DNA of 63,527 nucleotides, counting the filler, from Octopus bimaculoides (taxonomy: Eukaryota), in assembly GCF_001194135.2 (NCBI RefSeq). It is 5 parts of 5 records of this genome, joined end to end, with 100 filler letters (N's around TTAATTAATTAA, not from the genome) between each part and the next. Parts side by side here need not be neighbours in the genome. Positions count along the whole stretch, not along the records: positions 29,927 to 46,102 come from NC_069001.1; positions 46,203 to 53,839 come from NC_068981.1; 3 more parts are not named here. One strand, 5' to 3'. The notes beneath the pieces were generated by a model. It was not told the origin of the DNA. It searched no databases and saw only the letters and a program-made list of their open reading frames with translations. Positions 39,107 through 51,887 of the stretch are shown here, piece after piece. Both the position numbers and the translations under genes were made by a program. Each line of letters starts with the position of its first letter. The stretch's first letter is position 1.

Positions 39107-40439
39107 CACCTACCACTGGTTGGTCACAGTCAGTCTTTGTTCTGTGGAGAAATGTGAGAAAAACGTCTTACATGGTTTCTGAACTTTCTGTGGAAACACA
39201 AGACTTCCGTTCAGAGCGCCACCTTTACTCTGAGTCATCAAAGAACTGGTCACTCATTCAGATCAATGAGTTTTAAACTAACAAAACAATCTATAAAGCA
39301 AAGCAAAAAAAAAAAAAAAAAAAAAAAATTAATATTAACATACTTTAAGTATTTGTGCCTATTAGTGAAAAACACTCTCTGACAAATGTTGGTTGGCACC
39401 ACTGGTTACCATTTATCTTATTTTTTACTGTTTTGGGTAACGATTATGGACGACAAAGTGTGTTTATTTTGTTTTTATTTATTTTTAATCATTAACCAAT
39501 TTAGTCATAAGTAATTAAGCTGACTGGAACGGTAAACCTCCAAACACTTGTAGTTCTTTAGATAACCACTCACAGTCAAGGAGTGAACAGAGAAAGATAT
39601 GCAAGTCTGCTGTTTAATGAGATTTGGTAAAAACTCATCATTAATTATAATTAGCAAAATATGATATGAATTTGTAGAGGGCAAAGGAATGCTGCAGTTG
39701 GCCATGTCACAAATTGTATGTCCAGTCTAATGGTCAGAGACCTGATGTTTCATTGGTGTTGCACTTACCTATTAAATAAACTTCGCTATTGAATGTTTTG
39801 TGTGTGTGTTTGTGTGTGAGAGAGAGAGGAAGATATGAAATAAAGTATTGAAGACTGACTTCAAAATGATGAGCCTTACGAAGAAGATGACAGAGGAATG
39901 AGATATGTGACACATTCCTGTACTCAAGACATGCCCACCACAATAGAATTGGGATCCTAAAACCAAGGTGACATGTTAAAAAGCAATGGTGTGGGTGCTA
40001 GTGCCAGATAAAATGCACTGGTGATAGTGTCAATAAAAGGGACCCATTACACTTTATAAAGCTGCTGGCATTAGGAAGAGCATCCAGCTATAGAAGCCAA
40101 GCCGAAACCGACAATGGAACCTGGTGCAGCCCCTGGTCTTTGAGGCTAACCCACCTCAGACCACCTCTGGTTCTATGATACAGATATCATGTTTTAAAGC
40201 GATCTAAATTAAGACTTTTATTTATGTTCTATAGAACACCACGTTAATAATGACAGAATTATTTTTCTAAATTCTTCCCCACTGGGAAAGCTACAGTAAA
40301 AGACAATTGTTTAAAGTAACTGCACAGCGAGATGAATTGAACCTTGGACCCTAAAATTATGAAGCAAACATCTTAACCATGAGGGCCAACCCCTGGTTGA
40401 TATTCAAACAAGTTAACATGAGTGCTGTGCTTGCCCCGT

Positions 40440-40820
40440 CTTTTATTATTTCTCGTTGACTTATTTTGGTCATTGGATTGTGGCCATGCTGGAGCACTGC
40501 TTAAAATGGTTTCAGTTGGACAGATGAAACCTATTGCTTATTTCACATCTGGTTCTTATTCTATCAGTGTCTTTTGCTGAACTGCTAAGTTATGGGTGGG
40601 ACACAAAGCAGTGGTCAAGTAGTGGTGGAAACACAAACACAAAGACACACAAACATGTATATATATATACAACAGGCTTCCACACAGTTTCCATCAGCCA
40701 AATTCACTCAGAAGGCATTGATTGGCCTGGGGCTATAGCAGAAGACATTTGCGTACAGTGGGACTGAACTCAAAACCAGGTGATTCGCAAAGTGAGCTTC
40801 TTAACCACAAAACCATGCAG
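40440..40820 (-). mobile_element. degenerate near-full-length SINE family A
   Basis: Tail, body and head motifs in reverse. Confidence 0.8.
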
Positions 40821-41276
40821 CAGTTTTTTTTTTCGGTTTGAATATAAATCACTTTTGCTACTAGTGGAAGAGAAGTGACATCATTAACCAATAACAGAGT
40901 ATGTTACGAGTCTTACCATCTATACATAATTTATCTTAGTTCACCAAATCAGCAAAATACTCTCTCTAAGCTTCTGAAGAATTTCTGCTTCGTATTACGT
41001 CTTTAGTATCGTCTTACAGCTCAGACATAATTCTGGAACATACTAATTTCAGTTAAGTAGGCGCTCACACATTTCATTATTAATACTTATTCTATACATT
41101 AAATAGGCTTTCACCTACTTAAATAACTAATTATTATGCAGATGCCATCTCAGAATAATTTTGTCTAATTTGCTCTCTCTCTCTTATTCTTGGCTGACAA
41201 ATATACATTTTAGTAGGGTTACTTTACACTTTGATCAACAATATTTTTTATTCAAGTACCAAATAAGTTCCTAGTT

Positions 41277-41530
41277 TATTATTTACATTTGACGGATATT
41301 TGTCCTCATATTGTTTGTTGTTAACACAACGTTTCGGCTGATATACCCTCCAGCCTTCATCAGGTGTCTTGGGGGAATTTTGAACATGGATTCTCATTCC
41401 TAAGGTATTTTTCGACGTTGTTGTTGTTGTTGTTATTATCATTATTATTATTATTCAGGTCACTGCCTGGAATCAAACTCTGAATCTTGGGGTTAGTAGC
41501 CCGCGCTCTTAACCACTACGCCATATGCCT
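41277..41530 (-). mobile_element. SINE family D, copy 3 (intact hammerhead-like core at 41323-41370)
   Basis: Reverse complement AAGACAC-CTGATGA-A-GGCTG...CAGCC-GAAA-CGTT-GTGTT. Confidence 0.85.
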
Positions 41531-41934
41531 GTGGGCAATTATGGAGTGAATTTTAGGGCTTATAAATCATATTCTCCTCACCTTCCTTAATACAGGTTCC
41601 CATATGCTGTTCATATCTGCACTCAGTCTGCTTAGGTTGTTGTGTCCTAGTATATGTGCTGCTTCTTTTAGTTTCCATATTTTCCAGTGGTGTTCTCAGT
41701 CTATTTTTAAACTTCATTCCACAGGGGGAGGTGGTCTCTTAAATATAAGAACTGAAGTTCCTTGTTTGTTCTTTCTCGAGCTGTATCTGGCTCATAAGGG
41801 CTGGTTTCCCGGTTTCATTGGCATATAGGTTCCCCATATATGGTTATCAATTTGTGATGTTATTTCTCTCTTGCTCATTATTTAAACATAATTTGACTTA
41901 TTAAAGAACAAATCATTAAGCACCTTGGCACTTG

Positions 41935-42270
41935 CTTATTCCGTGAAGGCACATGCCTTAGTGGTTAGGATTTTTAGCTCATGATCATAAAGTTATAAGT
42001 TCGATTCCTGGGGGTGCATTGTATCCTTAAGCAAGACACTTTATGTCACACTGCTCCAGTCCACTCAGCTGGCAAAACTGAGTTGTACCTGTAATTACAA
42101 AGGGGCCAGCCTTGTAACACTTTGTGTCATGCTGAACCTCCCTGAGAACTACATTAAGGGTGCACATGTCTGTGGAGCACTCAGCTACTTGCATGTTAAT
42201 TTCACAAGCAGGACTGTTCCGTTAATCGAACCAATTGGAACACTCGTCATAATCATTAACGAGCTAGACC
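41935..42270 (+). mobile_element. tRNA-derived SINE family C
   Basis: A box CCTTAGTGGTTAG, B box AGTTCGATTCC, TCCTTAAGCAAGACACT block of the CORE/V/Meta type, tail shared with 35341-35510. Confidence 0.75.
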
Positions 42271-43099
42271 AAGCCAGTGTTTGTCGTTGGTTACAGACCT
42301 CAAATGAACCTTTCACTGGTCCTCTGAACATCTGATTACAAGAGTAACAAGGGAGTGTCTTTAACTCAGCACCAAGTAAATATCACAAGGGTCTTCATTA
42401 AAAAAAAAGTATATAAGAATTGGTATCCCTGTTTTCTCACAAATGTTTCAATCACTCTCCAAAATACATCAGAAAAAATATATGATGTACCCAGAAGTCC
42501 ATTATTAAAGAGGAAACTGCATAATCACACAGCTCACACCTGTCTAATTATCACTACCGTCTAATTATTATTCAGGGAGGAATATTTCTAAACCAAAATT
42601 TAAATTTATTTTTGATCAGTATATTCCAATTTCAATTTGCTTGTCATTCACTCACTCACACATCGTTATTTCATTAATTTCATTAATAAATTAATTTCCC
42701 TAAATTACACTGATCAATGCCCACTTCCTCCTCTTGCCCTCCTCTACCTCCTCCTCCTCACCGCTACCCCCCATTACCAACCAGCTGCTAATTAGCTTTC
42801 ACTTCATACTAATGATCTGATTAAATACCGGGTTTTAATGTTTAATGTTTGACGACAGAATTACTCTTTACTCTTTATGACTAAGCGAACATAGTAACTG
42901 TATCGTTTAAACTTGTTGGAAGCTGATGGAGTGCCAGGTTACCAACTGGTACTCACCCACCAGCACCACGAACACCAGCACCACCATCACTGCCACCGCC
43001 ACTGTTCTCTGGAGTGGTCAGCTGAAACCTTCTCACCGCTTTGCTATCCTTTCTGCAGAGTACTCTATGTTACTTGGCAAAATAACTTTGAAATTTTAA

Positions 43100-43640
43100 A
43101 GTTTCAGCCTTTAATATTATTCTGCTTATTCTGTTAAATGTAATGTTTATTTATTTCCACTGTTCTGAATTAACTCTGCATTGTCTTGAAGCTTCAAAAT
43201 TTCAATGATGTAGAGTACCATGTTTTTAGAGTAGCATTGTAGGGCAGGTGTGAAAAGCCAGACCTGGTTCATCATCATCATCATCATCGTTTAACACCCG
43301 TTTTCCATGCTGATATGGGTTACACAGTTTGACTGGGGACTGGCAAGCCAGAAGGCTGCACCAGGCTCCAATCTGATCTGGCAAGGTTTCTACAGCTGGA
43401 TGCCCTTCCTAATGCCAACCACTCCAAGAATATAGCGGGTGCTTTCTACGTGCCACCGATACAGGAGCCAGTCGGGTGGGCCTAGTATCGATCACTTTTA
43501 AAATAAAACAGGTAGAATAGTTGGCTAATAAAATGCTAACAAGTTAAGCTTTTAGCATTCACATTAATCCGTCAAGTGTAATGTTCTTTTGTTCACATTG
43601 TTTTGAATTAATCATGCATTATCTTATAACTTCAAAATCT
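43100..43640. mobile_element. degenerate MITE-like repeat copies with a nested RTE tail (43268-43495)
   Basis: Two related blocks (TGTAATG..TTTGAATTAA..CATT) and a (CAT)n-tailed RTE 3' UTR. Confidence 0.45.
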
Positions 43641-43814
43641 ACTGGGATCGATTTGTTCGACTAAAATTCTTCAGGGTGGTGCTCCAACATGGCCACAGTC
43701 TAATGACTGAAACAAATAAAAAAAAAATGGAAAATAAAACTTCTTAAAAAAAGGTATATCATAGAGGAATCAGGGTGGTCATGGTTGGAACGTTTAATCT
43801 AGCTGATCATGGTT

Positions 43815-44358
43815 CTATATTTAAGAGATGAGGAATTATGTGCATTACTCTTTTACTCTTACTTGTTTCAGTCATTTGACTGCTTCTATGCTGGAGCACC
43901 GCCTTTAGTCGAGAAAATCGACCCCAGGACTTATTCTTTGGAAGCCTAGTACTTATTCTATCGGCTCTTTTGCCAAATCCCTAAATTACGGGGACGCAAA
44001 CACACCAGCATCGGTTGTCAAGCGATGGTGGGGGAGGGGTCAAACACAGACACACAAACACACACACACACACACACACACANNNNNNNNNNNNNNNNNN
44101 NNNNNNNNNNNNNNNNNNNNNNNCATATATACGACAGGCTTCTTTCAGTTTCCGTCTACCAAATCCACTCACAAGGCTTTGGTCAGCCCGAGGCTATAGT
44201 AGAAGACACTTGCCCAAGGTGCCACGCAGTGGGACTGAACCCGGAACCATGTGGTTGGTAAGCAAGCTACTTACCACACAGCCACTCCTGCGCCTTTGTC
44301 CTCATCTTGTTTGTTGTTAACCCAACGTTTCGGCTGATATATACCCTCCAGCCTTCAT
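43815..44358 (-). mobile_element. family D fragment split by a full-length family A SINE (43847-44295)
   Basis: The D 3' end at 43815-43846 resumes at 44296 (TTGTCCTCATCTTG...). Confidence 0.8.
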
Positions 44359-44919
44359 ATCTGATCATGAGTTCATTTGATTCGTCAGCCACAGAGCTCG
44401 ACAATTAAACATTACAAACTACAACAACAACAACAACAACAGCACCAACCACCATTTATGGAGGCCGACTGCAGTATTTTAGTCAATGAGAAGGCACAAA
44501 CCAAATACTCCTTACTCCTCCCTCCACCACCATCACCACCACCACCACCACCACTATCATCACCACCACCACCACCACCACTGCTATTATACAGCAATGC
44601 TCAGACAGTCTTGAAACTTTACCAAAATTAAGAAATTAAACACAGAATGCTGCAATTTTCTTTTTATTCATTTTATTGTTTTTTTGTTTTTTCCGCAGAG
44701 CATTTAATTAACACCTTACAGGTTATTGATTTCATGTTTCTTCTTTTTATTGTCTGTTGTTTTGTTTTGTTTTGTTTTTCTGGTATTTTTTTTGCTCTTA
44801 GTATATTATTGTTTGTTCACAAAGATATGATATTAGACAAAGAAAGAAAGAAAGAAAGGGAAAAACAACATTCATCAGGTTATAGGTTACAATAATAATT
44901 AATAATAATAATAATAATA

Positions 44920-45660
44920 ATAAATGCCCTGATGCAGTATGAGACAGTGGCTCCCATGGCTTCTGATTGGAAGTGTTATCCTGTACATTGTTTTGTCTTG
45001 GTCTACAGCAAATATTCTGCTCAATACTACAGATTTGCTTATCAGTTATTTGACCTTAACCAGTTGAGAATATCCCTTAGTGGCTGATGATATGTGCATC
45101 TCTGATCATGAGCAGGAGTAGTGGGGGAGCATCATAGCCATGTGTCAAGAGGGACTCTTTGGGGTTTGAATAATTCACCTCTGGAAACATAGGTGGAATT
45201 TGAACCCAGAACATAGTGACAGGTGAAATACCTCTAAGCATTTCGTCCAGCATGCTGACAACTCTGCCATCTCACTGCCTATTTTATGCTTTAATAATCC
45301 TTTCCACTGGAAGCACAAGGCCTCACATTTGGGGGAAGGGATTAAGTCGATTACATCGACCCCAGTGTTTCACTGGTACTTAATTTATTGACACTGAACG
45401 GATGAAAGGCAAAGCTGACCTCGGCAGAATTTGAACTCTGAACACCAAGGCAGATGAAATGCCACTAAGTATTTTTCCCAGCATGCTAACAGTTCTGCCA
45501 AATCACCACCTTAAATAATAATAATAACAATAATAATAATGGCTTAAAATTTTGGTACAAGACCAGCAAGTCCAGGGAAGCCACGAGTTAATTACATTGA
45601 CCCCAGTACTCAACTGTTATCAACTCCAGTATATGACTGGTACTCTATTTTAATGGTCCT
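44920..45660 (-). mobile_element. (TAA)n-tailed retroposon 3' end (44920-45195) followed by three family B fragments
   Basis: 44990-45190 is the reverse homologue of 51110-51290; family B motifs follow. Confidence 0.7.
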
Positions 45661-45987
45661 GAGAGGATGCTGGCTCTCAACTTAAAGCCGTTCTGCAAAT
45701 TACCAGTACATTGTTTGTCGTACTTTTTTTTGGGGGGGGGTGACTTTAAGCCTTTTTTAAAAATCTGTATTCTTATGTTGTCATCATCATCCTCGCCGTC
45801 GTCATTGTCATCATCGTCATTGTTGTTGTTGTCGTTGGTGTCGTGGTTTTGACATCTGTTTTTTTTCGCTCTGTTCTGTTTGAACTCAACAAGTAGCGAA
45901 ACGCTAATGTTTCTCATGGGAAGAATTTTTACCAAAAGCTTATTTAAGAAAACATCTTTATTATTATCATTATTATTATTATTATTA

Positions 45988-46037
<50 letters not shown>

Positions 46038-46102
46038 GGAATCCTTAGAAAAATTGTTTTCAAAGATCCTTCCTTGAATGCATTCAGTGGCTCTGGTACT
46101 GT

Positions 46103-46202
46103 NNNNNNNNNNNNNNNNNNNNNNNNNNNNNNNNNNNNNNNNNNNNTTAATTAATTAANNNNNNNNNNNNNNNNNNNNNNNNNNNNNNNNNNNNNNNNNN
46201 NN
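46103..46202. other. assembly join cassette N44-TTAATTAATTAA-N44
   Basis: Same 100-bp cassette. Confidence 0.95.
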
Positions 46203-49200
46203 ACTACAATTCCCCCTCTTCAAATGCTTTCACTCCACTCTACACCTTTGTTCACCATCCAACTCGAACTGAAGCAAGGGTTTCTATGTTTTCTGGATCC
46301 ATTCCAAGTGACTTCATAGTAGTCCTTATGCTGTCCTTAAACCTTCTTTTAGATTTACGCTGATAGCGTTTCCCCTCTGTAAGCTCACCATAAAACAGCT
46401 GTCTCAGCATGCATTCATCTGCCATTCAAACAATATGGCCACACCATCTCATTTGGTTTCTCAAAATCATAGCTTTAATTGAGGTGATACCTGCAGATGC
46501 AAGGACATCTATGTTTGGAGTAAAAGAACTCCATTTAATTTTTAAAATGCGATGAAGGCATTTTTGGTGCAATTGTTCTAACAATTTAAAATTCCTTTCA
46601 TAACAAGTCCAAGTTTCACAACAGGGATGGTAAGACAAATACATGGTAAGGAATACAACAGGGATGGTAAGACAAATGATTTGTAAAGAGCCAGCTTTGT
46701 ATTCTTATTTATATGTCGCTGGCACCAAATGCATGGCTCCAAGCCACCAAATGCTTTTGCTGCCCTTTGAATTCGCAGCTGTATTTCCGTATCAAGATTT
46801 CCATCATTTTGAACAGAGCTTCCAAGGTAGATGATTGAATCGACAACCTCAAATAATTTACACTTTACAAAAATTTTAGATGGGTTACAAACAGCACTAC
46901 ATGCAGGTTGATGCATTACAACTGTTTTTTTTTCAAGTTGATGATCAAGCCAAAATCACCACAAGCCAAGTCAAATGCAGATACAAGAGATTGCAGACCT
47001 GTTTCAGAATGACTGACAAGATCGCAATCGTCAGCATACAAAAGTTCCCTAATGAGTGAAGTGAAAACCTTCGTTTTGAATTTCAGTCTGGTCAGATTAA
47101 AACCATTCCCTGTTGTTCGATATTTTATGTAAATACCCTCCTCAGAGTTTTGAAAAACATGTGACAACACAATAGCAAAGTATATTGCGAAGAGAGTGGG
47201 TGCATCAAGGTCTCCTTACTTTATTCCATTTTCCATGGCAAAAGATTCAGAGAGCCTACCACCAAAGTTAACTCTAGCTTTCATATCTTGATGCAAAGCC
47301 CTTATCATGTTTACAAATTTTTCTGGGCAACCTATTTTCCTTAGAATTAGCCACAGAGCATTTTGATTAACAGTACTGGATGCTTTGTTCAAATCAACAA
47401 AGCAATGGTATAGAGCAAGATTTTGTTCAATGCACTTTTCTTCTAATTATCTGACAGTAAAGATATAATCAGTTGTGCCCCTGGAGGAACAAAAACCACA
47501 GTGAGACTTAGATACTATATTTGGAACTATGAAGGTATTTAGACATTCTAACAAAATGTGGGCAAGTACCTTTCCAACCACAGACAAAAGCGAAATCCCA
47601 CGAAAATTACCACACAGATCCTTTGGCCCTGATTTATACAAGGAGACAAAAATGGCATCAATCCAGTCTTGAGGCACTTTCTCAGTTCTCAGAGTTTAAA
47701 GATTTTGTCACCCCCATATTTCAAGACTTCTGCACAGATTCCATCAGACCCTGAAGACTTATTGTTATTCGGCTTATTCACAGCTAAATAAATGTCATTT
47801 AGTGTTGGTTCAAATGCCAACTCTTCTATAACTGGAAGGTGTTCGATTTTTTCTATCGTCCTCATGTCAGCAGATGATGGTCTATTCAAAAGTGCAGAAA
47901 AATGTTCTACCAGTACTTATGAATAGAAGTAGTGTCAGTCAGAAGCAAATGTCTATTTGCTGTTCTCACTGGGAGCTTTTGAAGAAGATTTTGGGCCATA
48001 TACCTCCTTAACATAAGAGTACAAACCCTTGGCATCATTTCTATCAGCTGCTTCTTGTGCCCCTTTTGCTCTATCATTCAACCATTCCTGTTTAATTTTC
48101 CCTTTCAGCTTTCTGTAAGCTTCATTTGAATTGGGGTTCAAAGATTGAGAAAGAAGTGTATTGCCTAAGTTTTGTTTTTCTAAAATTAGATCATGAATTT
48201 CTGCTGGTCTATCTGAGACCAGACACTGGACTTATGTGATTTAAATCCCACTGACGAACTTGCAGCCTGAAATACTTTTGTTTTGAAATCTTCAGATAGA
48301 TTGTTTGGGTCAAGATTGATACTTTCTACAGCATGGTGGAATCTTTGCAGGCTGCTTGATAATTTAAAGTTTGTAGCATTTTACTTTTTGGGTACCTTAG
48401 GACGAGACTGTCGATTTTTAGGCATTATCGAAAAATCTATTTTTCCAGCTCTCTGCCCCTCTCATGGCCTGAACACTAGAAACGTCTTTCATATCACATT
48501 TTCTGATCAGAATATAATTTATGAGATGCCAGTGCCTACATATTGGGTGCATCCAGACAGTTTTATATTTATTTTTCTGCTTAAACAGAGTGTTAGTAAC
48601 AACCAGATTATTCTCAGTACAAAATGTCAAAAGAGCTACTCCATCTTTATTACATTTTCCAATCCCATGTCGACCTAAAACAGGCCATGAAACATAGTTC
48701 TTTCGAACTCTTGCATTGAAATCTTCCAATATGACCAGCTTGTCAGAAATTGGTACTTTCCTCAATAATTGTGCTAGATCATCATAAAATTGTCCTACAG
48801 TTTCATCAGAGTGTGACATTGTTGGTACATAAATACTGACAACGGTAAGAAACCTACCTTTTGTCAGTTTGATACGGCATGACATGATCTGTTCAGATAT
48901 ATCACTTGGAAATTCTGCAATGGAGGATACTAGTGTATCCTTGAAAGCAAACCCAACACCAGATTCTCTACGTTGACCCCAAGGTAGGCCTCTCCAAAAG
49001 ACAGTATATCCATAAGTAGGTTCATTTACTTGACTCTCACCAGGGAGACGAGTTTAGAGAGTGCAGCTATATCAAGGGAATACTTCTTGAGCTCGCATGC
49101 AATAAGTGCAGTACGCCTTTCTGGCCTCTTGTTGAAATTATCATCAAGAAATGTGCGCTCATTCCAACAACCAAAATTCAAAGGATGTTTATTTTTACTT

Positions 49201-49260
49201 TTTCTTGAAGATTATTTGACCACAGTGGCAGGATGACAACCGGATCCAGCCTGTGATACA
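46203..49260 (-). mobile_element. degenerate RTE-clade (BovB/RTE-1-like) LINE ORF2: APE endonuclease plus reverse transcriptase, many stops and frameshifts
   Basis: GCWNERT..RPERRTALIACELKKYSLDIAALS; VSIYVPT..FYDDL; LEDFNARV; HWHLINYIL; KSSGSDGI; PQDWIDA..NFRGISLLSVVGKV; CGFCSSRGTTD; RELLYADDCDL; YLGSSV; LRNQMRWCGHIV. Confidence 0.95.
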
Positions 49261-50299
49261 CTGGAACACTTGTCAAGCCAGACCTGTTCCCCTGACATTC
49301 TCATATATATATATGCATATTACTTGTTGTGTCGCTTCAAGTTGATTCCACTGCGTGCTGTGAAGAAAAAGTTGTACAGTGTATAGAAATAAATCACACA
49401 CCTCTTGATCATGAGAAGCAGTAAACTAGAGTCTTCTTGAAATAATGAGCCTTACTATCACCTAAGTCTCTTTCTCTTGTTAAAAGCGCATCCTTAACAT
49501 TGCTTGGACTGCATTCAAACATCTGGCTGTTCTCTTTAAAGTTAGAAGATACATCACTTGAGGACCACAATGGAATAACTCATGTCTGGAACAGTGCTGC
49601 TGTTGCATCCACAGACGATTGTATCCAGAAAAGGGCCCATCCAAAAAAATTTGGCATTCTCATTCCACTCTCCACTTTACCACCTCTTACCAGCCATGTT
49701 ATTTCACACCCCACACCAAGCACTGCACAAACCACTACATCCATTCTTTCTTTTGGCCATCTGCAATTTCCTCCCCGCTTATGTCATTCCTGCTGGTTTT
49801 AGGTTGCAAAGATTCAAGAGAAACATTAATGGCAGTAATCTCACCACACTTGAAAGGCCTGCCAAGGCTACAGGCACTGCTATTTCTTTTAGATCCAGCA
49901 AGTAATATATACATACTGATCAACTGAGAATGCACAGGAGAGACTGCAAGTTCAAGAACATTCTAACAGTGATGTAGCGAGAGTGTGTGCCAGCCTGAGT
50001 AGCCTTTGAAATTTCTACCTCAACCACTGGGCCCCCAAGCTTACACAGGCTTATTCAATAGATTCAAAAATGTTGCCCCCAGAAAAGCACTGCCTTGGTG
50101 AACCACTCCTCAACTTTTCTATCCTAGCTATGTTACTGCTCCTTAGGTTTATCGCCCTTTTTCCTAGGTTGACTATGATCTGATCTTTTCTGGTAACAGG
50201 ATGCAAAAGTTGAATTGAAAATGCTCGAAGGTGAAACGGACATCAGAAAGTATCTCATCTGATATGTTTATATTCCACTAATCCGCAGCTCTGGACTGG

Positions 50300-50760
50300 T
50301 TCTTTATCAACCAGAAATATATTAAAAGCAAAGTTTATGTTGGTGGGATTAGAACACAGAGTTCAGAGAGCTGGAATAAATATGGGTTTCAGTTTTTGGC
50401 ACAAGACCTGCAACATTGACATCCATGGTACTTATTTTTTCGACTCTGAAAGTATGAAAGGCAAAGTCAACCCCAATGGTATTTAAATGCAGAACGTGTG
50501 CTAACGATTCTGCCAGCTCGCTGCCTTAGTCTGAATAAATATTGGCTTCAAATTTTGGCATAGGACCGACAATTTTGGAGGCGGGAGTAAGTCGATGTAA
50601 TTGACTCCAGCACTCAGTTGGTACTTATGCTATCAACCCTGAGGAGAAGAAAGGCAAAGTTGACCCTAGTGGAATTTGAACACAGAACATAGGGCCAGAA
50701 GAAATGCCGCTGAGCGTTTTGTCTGGCATGCTAATGATTCTACTCATGCACCACCTTAGT
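50300..50760 (-). mobile_element. SINE family B tandem copies, CpG-decayed
   Basis: Family B motifs with CG replaced by TG/CA. Confidence 0.8.
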
Positions 50761-50849
50761 CAGAGTAAATATTGCAAAGCACCATCGCTTCTAACTACCA
50801 TCACAATGTTGACACACGTGTGCATGTACACACTATGTATGTATGAGAG

Positions 50850-51357
50850 AGCAGCATGTCATCAAAGTGACTCTGGGGTATAAATACATGAAGCCCAATA
50901 TACTCATCATGACTGCTCATCTGATAAGAGTACACCAGACATCATAACCATATGTGTGCGACTTGCTGTGACCTTATATCAAGATAAACATCACATCACC
51001 TTGCAGATGGGGCCCAGTTAGAATTTTCTTCAGGTCGAATAGCCTATCCCAGTCAAAAGGTCCCTGAATAAAGGCTGATGAAAGATAATGAATGAAACAC
51101 CTATGGTTCCAGAGATTAATTTTTCAAACCACAAAAAAAATCCTCTCAAAACATGGCTGTGATGCTCCCCCATTACTCCTGCTCTTGATTTGAGATGCAC
51201 ATATCATCAGCCACAAAGGAACATGCTCAACTGGTTAAGGTCAAGCAACCAACTAGCAAATATATGGTATTGAACAGAATATTTTCTGTAGTCCATCTTT
51301 TACACTAAGACAAAATGTGTGAAAGTTAATACTTCCAATCAGTTAAGATGAGAAACC
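50850..51357 (+). mobile_element. unclassified retroposon 3' region ending in (ATGT)n
   Basis: Second copy at 44920-45195 in reverse. Confidence 0.55.
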
Positions 51358-51460
51358 ATGTATGTATGTATGTATGTATGTATGTATGTATGTATGTATG
51401 TATGTATGTATGTATGTATGTATGCATGTATGTGTGTGTATCTATGTATACACATATATG

Positions 51461-51506
<46 letters not shown>

Positions 51507-51509
51507 CAA

Positions 51510-51551
<42 letters not shown>

Positions 51552-51559
51552 AATATATA

Positions 51560-51700
51560 CTTTATCAATAAAGCTGCAAAAACAAGAAAAGATCCCAAAA
51601 TCATCCCAAAACTGTTACTCAGAGTTTCACATTCCCGTTCGTCGGACGTGTAACTCAGAGTAACAGTTTTTGTGATGTTTTTGCAGCTTTATTAATAAAG
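51560..51700. repeat. foldback inverted repeat with 24-bp outer and 19-bp inner arms
   Basis: Outer CTTTATCAATAAAGCTGCAAAAAC pairs with GTTTTTGCAGCTTTATTAATAAAG; inner AAAACTGTTACTCAGAGTT pairs with AACTCAGAGTAACAGTTTT. Confidence 0.85.
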
Positions 51701-51887
51701 CATAATACTCTACCTCTGGTAGTCGAGTACTATTTTTTTTCTACCTTGTTACACATTTATGTGCTTATTCAGGTGTATCTAAATATATACACACATACAT
51801 ACACACCTGCAAGCACATACACACACGCCTACGCACACACACACACACACACATATGTGTATATATATTTGTATATTATATATGCAT

